A stretch of DNA of 64,000 bases, from NCBI GenBank assembly GCA_963788655.1, contig CAWBHS010000007.1:45527-109526 (forward strand), in the 5' to 3' direction. Below the pieces are notes generated by a model. That model had not been told where the DNA came from. It saw only the letters and a list, made by a program, of their open reading frames with translations, and ran no database searches. Shown in pieces: positions 60,415 to 64,000 of this stretch (positions are counted from its first letter, which is position 1; each line of letters starts with the position of its first letter). The position numbers were made by a program, and so were the translations under genes. This stretch comes from an uncultured Verrucomicrobiae bacterium (GTDB lineage: Bacteria; Verrucomicrobiota; Verrucomicrobiia; Limisphaerales; JAFGQR01).

Positions 60415-61546
60415 TCAACGCAGGGCTTTGACCTGCATCCGCGCAACCAGTGGATCCAGCCGCGCCAGGATGAAATAGGCCCAGCGTTCCTTGAGTCGGT
60501 ACCAGAACGAACGCGATTTGCGCCAAGTGCGCCGTTCGATTTTGCGGCAATGCTTCAGGTCGGCCTCGAAAATGGCCCGCGCTTCGGCCGCCAATTTCGG
60601 GTCAGCGATCCGGACCAGCAGTTCGTAATTGATGCCCAGGCTTCGCGTGTCGAGATTGGCGGAGCCGACATACACCACATCATCAATCACGAACAATTTG
60701 GCGTGCAAGATTTGCGGTTGGTATTCGTAGATTTCCACGCCCGGACGGAGGAAGGAGCGATACAATCGGCGGCTGGCCAGCAGCATGAGCGGCACATCGG
60801 TCTTGCTGGAGAGCAGCAACTGCACCTTGGCCCCGCGGCGGGCCGCTCGGCGCAGTTCCTGGCGCAGCCGCCAAGTCGGAAGGAAGTAGGCGCTCACCAT
60901 TTGTACCTGAACTGGCAGCCGCCAGGTCTTTGGCCAGCGCGCGTTTGATTTGCCCGTGCCGGCAGCCGGGCCCGCTCGAGAGCAAGTGCCAATTGTGCCC
61001 CGCAGTGACGTGGACCCGCGCTTTGCGGAGGCGTTGGAGGCGTTTGTGGCGGAAGTCCGAAAGTTCAATCATCACTTCGAAACTGTCCGCCAGTTCGTTG
61101 ACCAGCGGGCCGGTGATCTGCAGCCCCAGGTCGCGCCAACCGTGATGGACGCCGTCGCCTTCGTATTCCGGGGCGATGTTAAACCCGCCGATGAACGCCA
61201 CCTGGTCATCGCAGACCAGCAGCTTCCGATGGTTGCGGTACGTCCACCGCCGCAACGACAGGGGATTGAACCAGCGGAATTCCCCGCCCGCTTGGACCAA
61301 GGGATCCCAGAAACTGCTCGGCAACGTCAGCGAACCAAAGGCATCCACCAGCACGCGCACGTTGACGCCGCGTTGCCGGGCCTGCACCAAGGCGGCAAGA
61401 AAGGCTTCCCCGCGGGGGCAGTGCGCAAAGATGTAGGTTTCCAAACGAATGGACCGGCGCGCGTGTTCGATGGCCGCCAGCATGGCGGCATAGCCCGCCT
61501 CCCCGCTGACCAACCAACGAAAACTGGACTGATGACTTTCAGGCAT
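60415..61546 (-). CDS. Cardiolipin synthase ClsB-like phospholipase D (+1 frameshift at ~60906)
   Basis: Two HKD motifs (RNHRKLLVCD, LHAKLFVID..GSANLD) in different frames; removing one base at 60906/60907 gives DLAAASSVQMVSAYFLP. Confidence 0.88.
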
Positions 61547-61675
61547 TCGGTGGGGTGGAGTGTACCGAACCGCTTGACGAAGGACATCGAAAAAGCGAGT
61601 TCCCACTTTCCGTGCCGCCAACGGAGGGACGAAAATCTTTTTCAGTTTTTGCCCGCCATCAGGCATCTTGCCGCC

Positions 61676-63781
61676 ATGCGAATGGTGCGAGGCATTGTAT
61701 TGGGGCTGATTGGGGCTTGGATCGCGATGGCGGTCCCGGCGTCAATGGCGGCGTTGGCCACGCAGGCGCGGCTGGTTCTCTCCGACGAAACCGCTCGCCC
61801 CGGCGATACCGTCTGGGCCGGAGTGGAACTTAAAATGGCCGACCATTGGCACACGTACTGGCGCAATGGCGGCGATGCGGGCGGGCCAACGGAAATCGCG
61901 TGGACTTTGCCCGAGGGCATCAAGGCCGGCCCCATTCAATGGCCCGTGCCGGAGAAATATGTCACCGGGCCGATCACCACGTACGTTTACTCGGATCGCG
62001 TCATGTTGCTGGTGCCGTTGACGCTGGCCAGCAACCTGCCGCCCGGTCCCAAGGCGATCAAAGCCAAGGTGTCCTGGCTGGAGTGCAGCGATCTGTGCGT
62101 GCCGGGCGATGCGGAGTTGAGCGCGAAATTGGTCGTCGGCAACGAACGCAAAGCGTCTTCGTCCTTGGCCGTTGATCGAAGCCGCTAAAAAGAAATTGCC
62201 GCGATCGTGCCCAGAATCTGCCGGTGCAGGCGATTTGGGAGAAACCGGTCGATGACAAAACGCGCCCCGTCGATTTTCGAATGGAACCTTAAACAAAAAC
62301 CTGCCGAGGTGGACTTCTTCCCCTACGCCAATGACAACTTCGACGTCGAGGCCAATACGAAACGGTTGCCCGAGGTGGATGGCAAGGTCCGTTTCGAAAA
62401 GCGGGTGTCCAAGCTGGAAGGGGATTGGCCCCGGCAGTTGGCGGGATTGATGGTCCGCAAGGAGACGAAAGGCGGACCTTGGCAAGCGTACGCAGTGAAC
62501 CTCACCATCGGCAGCGCGCCGGCGGCCGTCCAACCATTTCCGGGCTGGGGCCGGTTGTTGGTCATGTTGGTCTTCGGTTTCCTCGGCGGATTGATCCTGA
62601 ATGTCATGCCTTGCGTGCTGCCGGTAATTGCCTTGAAAATCCTGGGCTTCGTCAACCAGGCCAAAGAGGAACCGCGCCGCGTTCGGCAACTGGGATTGGT
62701 CTATGGCACCGGAGTGCTGGTTTCCTTTTTGGCGCTGGCAGGACTGGCGATTGGAATTCAACAGGCGGGCGGCTTGGCGGGCTGGGGAACCGCGTTTCAA
62801 AACCCGCAGTTCCGGGTGCTGATCACGATTCTGATCTTCCTGGTGGCGCTCAATCTGTTTGGCGTTTTCGAGATCACGCTCAGTGGGCGAGCCATGGGAA
62901 CTGCCAGCGCCCTGACCGGTCGTTCCGGAGCGAGCGGAGCGTTCTTCAACGGTGTGCTGGCTACCATTTTAGCAACGCCGTGTACCGCGCCATTTTTGGG
63001 CGTGGCGCTGGGATTTGCCTTCACGCAATCCCCGCTGGTGATTGTGCTGATGTTTATCGCCGCCGGCGTGGGTTTGGCCCTGCCCTTCGTGCTGCTGTGT
63101 TGGGAGCCGGCCTGGCTCAAATGGCTGCCCAAACCCGGCAAGTGGATGGAACGTTTCAAGGTGGCCATGGGCTTTCCGATGTTGGCCACGGCCGTCTGGC
63201 TGTTTTGGGTGACGGCCACGCGCATGGGCAAAACCGGCGTACTCTGGTTCGGTTTGTTCCTGGTCATGCTGGCGTTGGCGGCCTGGATCTGGGGCGAGTT
63301 CATCCAACGCGGTACCCGGCGCAAAGGATTGGCGGCCGCCATAGGTCTGCTGATTCTGGTGGTGGGTTACGCGGTCATCCTGGAAGGGATCTTGCACTGG
63401 CGCAGTCCGGCTGTGGTGGCGAAGGATGAAATTGCGTGGAAACCGTGGAGCCCGGAAGCCGTGCAAAAAGCCCGGGAGGAAGGTCGGCCAGTCCTGGTGG
63501 ATTTCACCGCCGACACGTGCTTGAATTGTCAGCTCAACAAAATCACCAGCCTGGAAATTGAGTCCACGCGCGAAAAGCTCAAACAAATCAATGCCGTGAC
63601 TTTGCTTGCCGATTTCACCGACCGGGATCCGGCCATTGCCCGCGAGCTTAAAAGTTTTGACCGGCCCGGAGTACCGCTGGTGCTGGTGTATCCCAAGAAT
63701 CCGGAAAAGCCGCCGATTGTGCTCCCGACGGTGTTAACGCCCGGCATTGTCCACGAGGCTCTGGAGAAGGCGGTGCAGTAG
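61676..63781 (+). CDS. dsbD: DsbD-like thiol:disulfide interchange protein (interrupted at ~62170-62275)
   Basis: N-domain WHTYWRNGGDAG..WLECSDLCVPG; TM domain LILNVMPCVLPV, LATPCTAPF; thioredoxin VDFTADTCLNC. The linker reads sensibly only with three +1 shifts (LIEAAKKKLPR / AQNLPVQAIWEKPVDDKTRP / IFEWN). Confidence 0.88.
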
Positions 63782-63887
63782 TCGAAATAAATCCGAAGGC
63801 CGAAGACCCAAATCCGAAATGGCCCAAACGTGAGGAATGTTGCACGGGTATCAGTCGGGAAAGGCTGTATTTCGGCCTTCGGATTTC
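63782..63887. repeat. Heptamer-built inverted repeat variant (AATCCGA / TCGGATT units)
   Basis: AAATCCGAAGGCCGAAGACCCAAATCCGAAAT ... ATTTCGGCCTTCGGATTT, right after the dsbD stop. Confidence 0.65.
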
Positions 63888-63923
63888 CCCACCTCCTTCC
63901 TTTTGTCCGCCCCGGAAAAACAG

Positions 63924-63950
63924 AAAGGCCGGACTTGAATCCGGCCTTTT
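63924..63950. terminator. Probable bidirectional intrinsic terminator
   Basis: AAAGGCCGGA-CTTGAA-TCCGGCCTTTT hairpin with A/T tracts on both sides. Confidence 0.7.
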
Positions 63951-64000
63951 CCTGAGAACAAATTTAATTCTTTTTCGATGCGGCGCCGCAGTTTTACGCC

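Noticed and set aside
1641..60907. Programmed ribosomal frameshifting, phase variation or mass pseudogenisation as the cause of split genes
   Set aside because: No slippery heptamers, long homopolymers or SSRs at the breaks; both halves of each gene are otherwise intact; the shared GTAC context is better explained by sequencing error.
63951..64000. 3' end of a convergent gene at the window edge
   Set aside because: Too short to assign a frame or product.

Overview
GC-rich bacterial chromosomal window, most likely Verrucomicrobiota of the Pedosphaera/Limisphaera type. This is an inference from the PVC-type CxxCH and HzsA-like/FGE proteins, Tat-exported Gfo/Idh/MocA enzymes and the REP style. 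It holds about 37 genes. Housekeeping: trmB, tcdA, tatD, yajC-secDF-terC, rlmI, thiD, pheA, scpAB, cls-like PLD, dsbD. Accessory: a C39-like peptidase / RLAN-RimK ATP-grasp / GCS2-ligase operon, carbohydrate-related secreted proteins (PL11 lyase, PA14 protein, an uncharacterised 754-aa protein), a PAS kinase/NarL pair, a secretin-PilM-PilO-PilB type IV filament operon, an ECF sigma/anti-sigma pair followed by a DUF2723 (TMEM260-like) protein, and an 18-repeat Sel1 protein. I found no rRNA, tRNA, CRISPR array, transposase or prophage. Intergenic DNA is full of repeats: several REP doublet families, a TA-flanked MITE-like element in two copies, and heptamer-built inverted repeats. Main unexplained signals: (1) five or six of about eleven single-base frameshifts sit exactly at GTAC, which points to a DNA-modification footprint in long-read data; (2) an unannotated ~150-200 nt rod-shaped RNA candidate with its own terminator at ~49940-50142; (3) a REP doublet inside a coding sequence. 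All assignments come from motif recognition by eye; no searches or folding programs were run.
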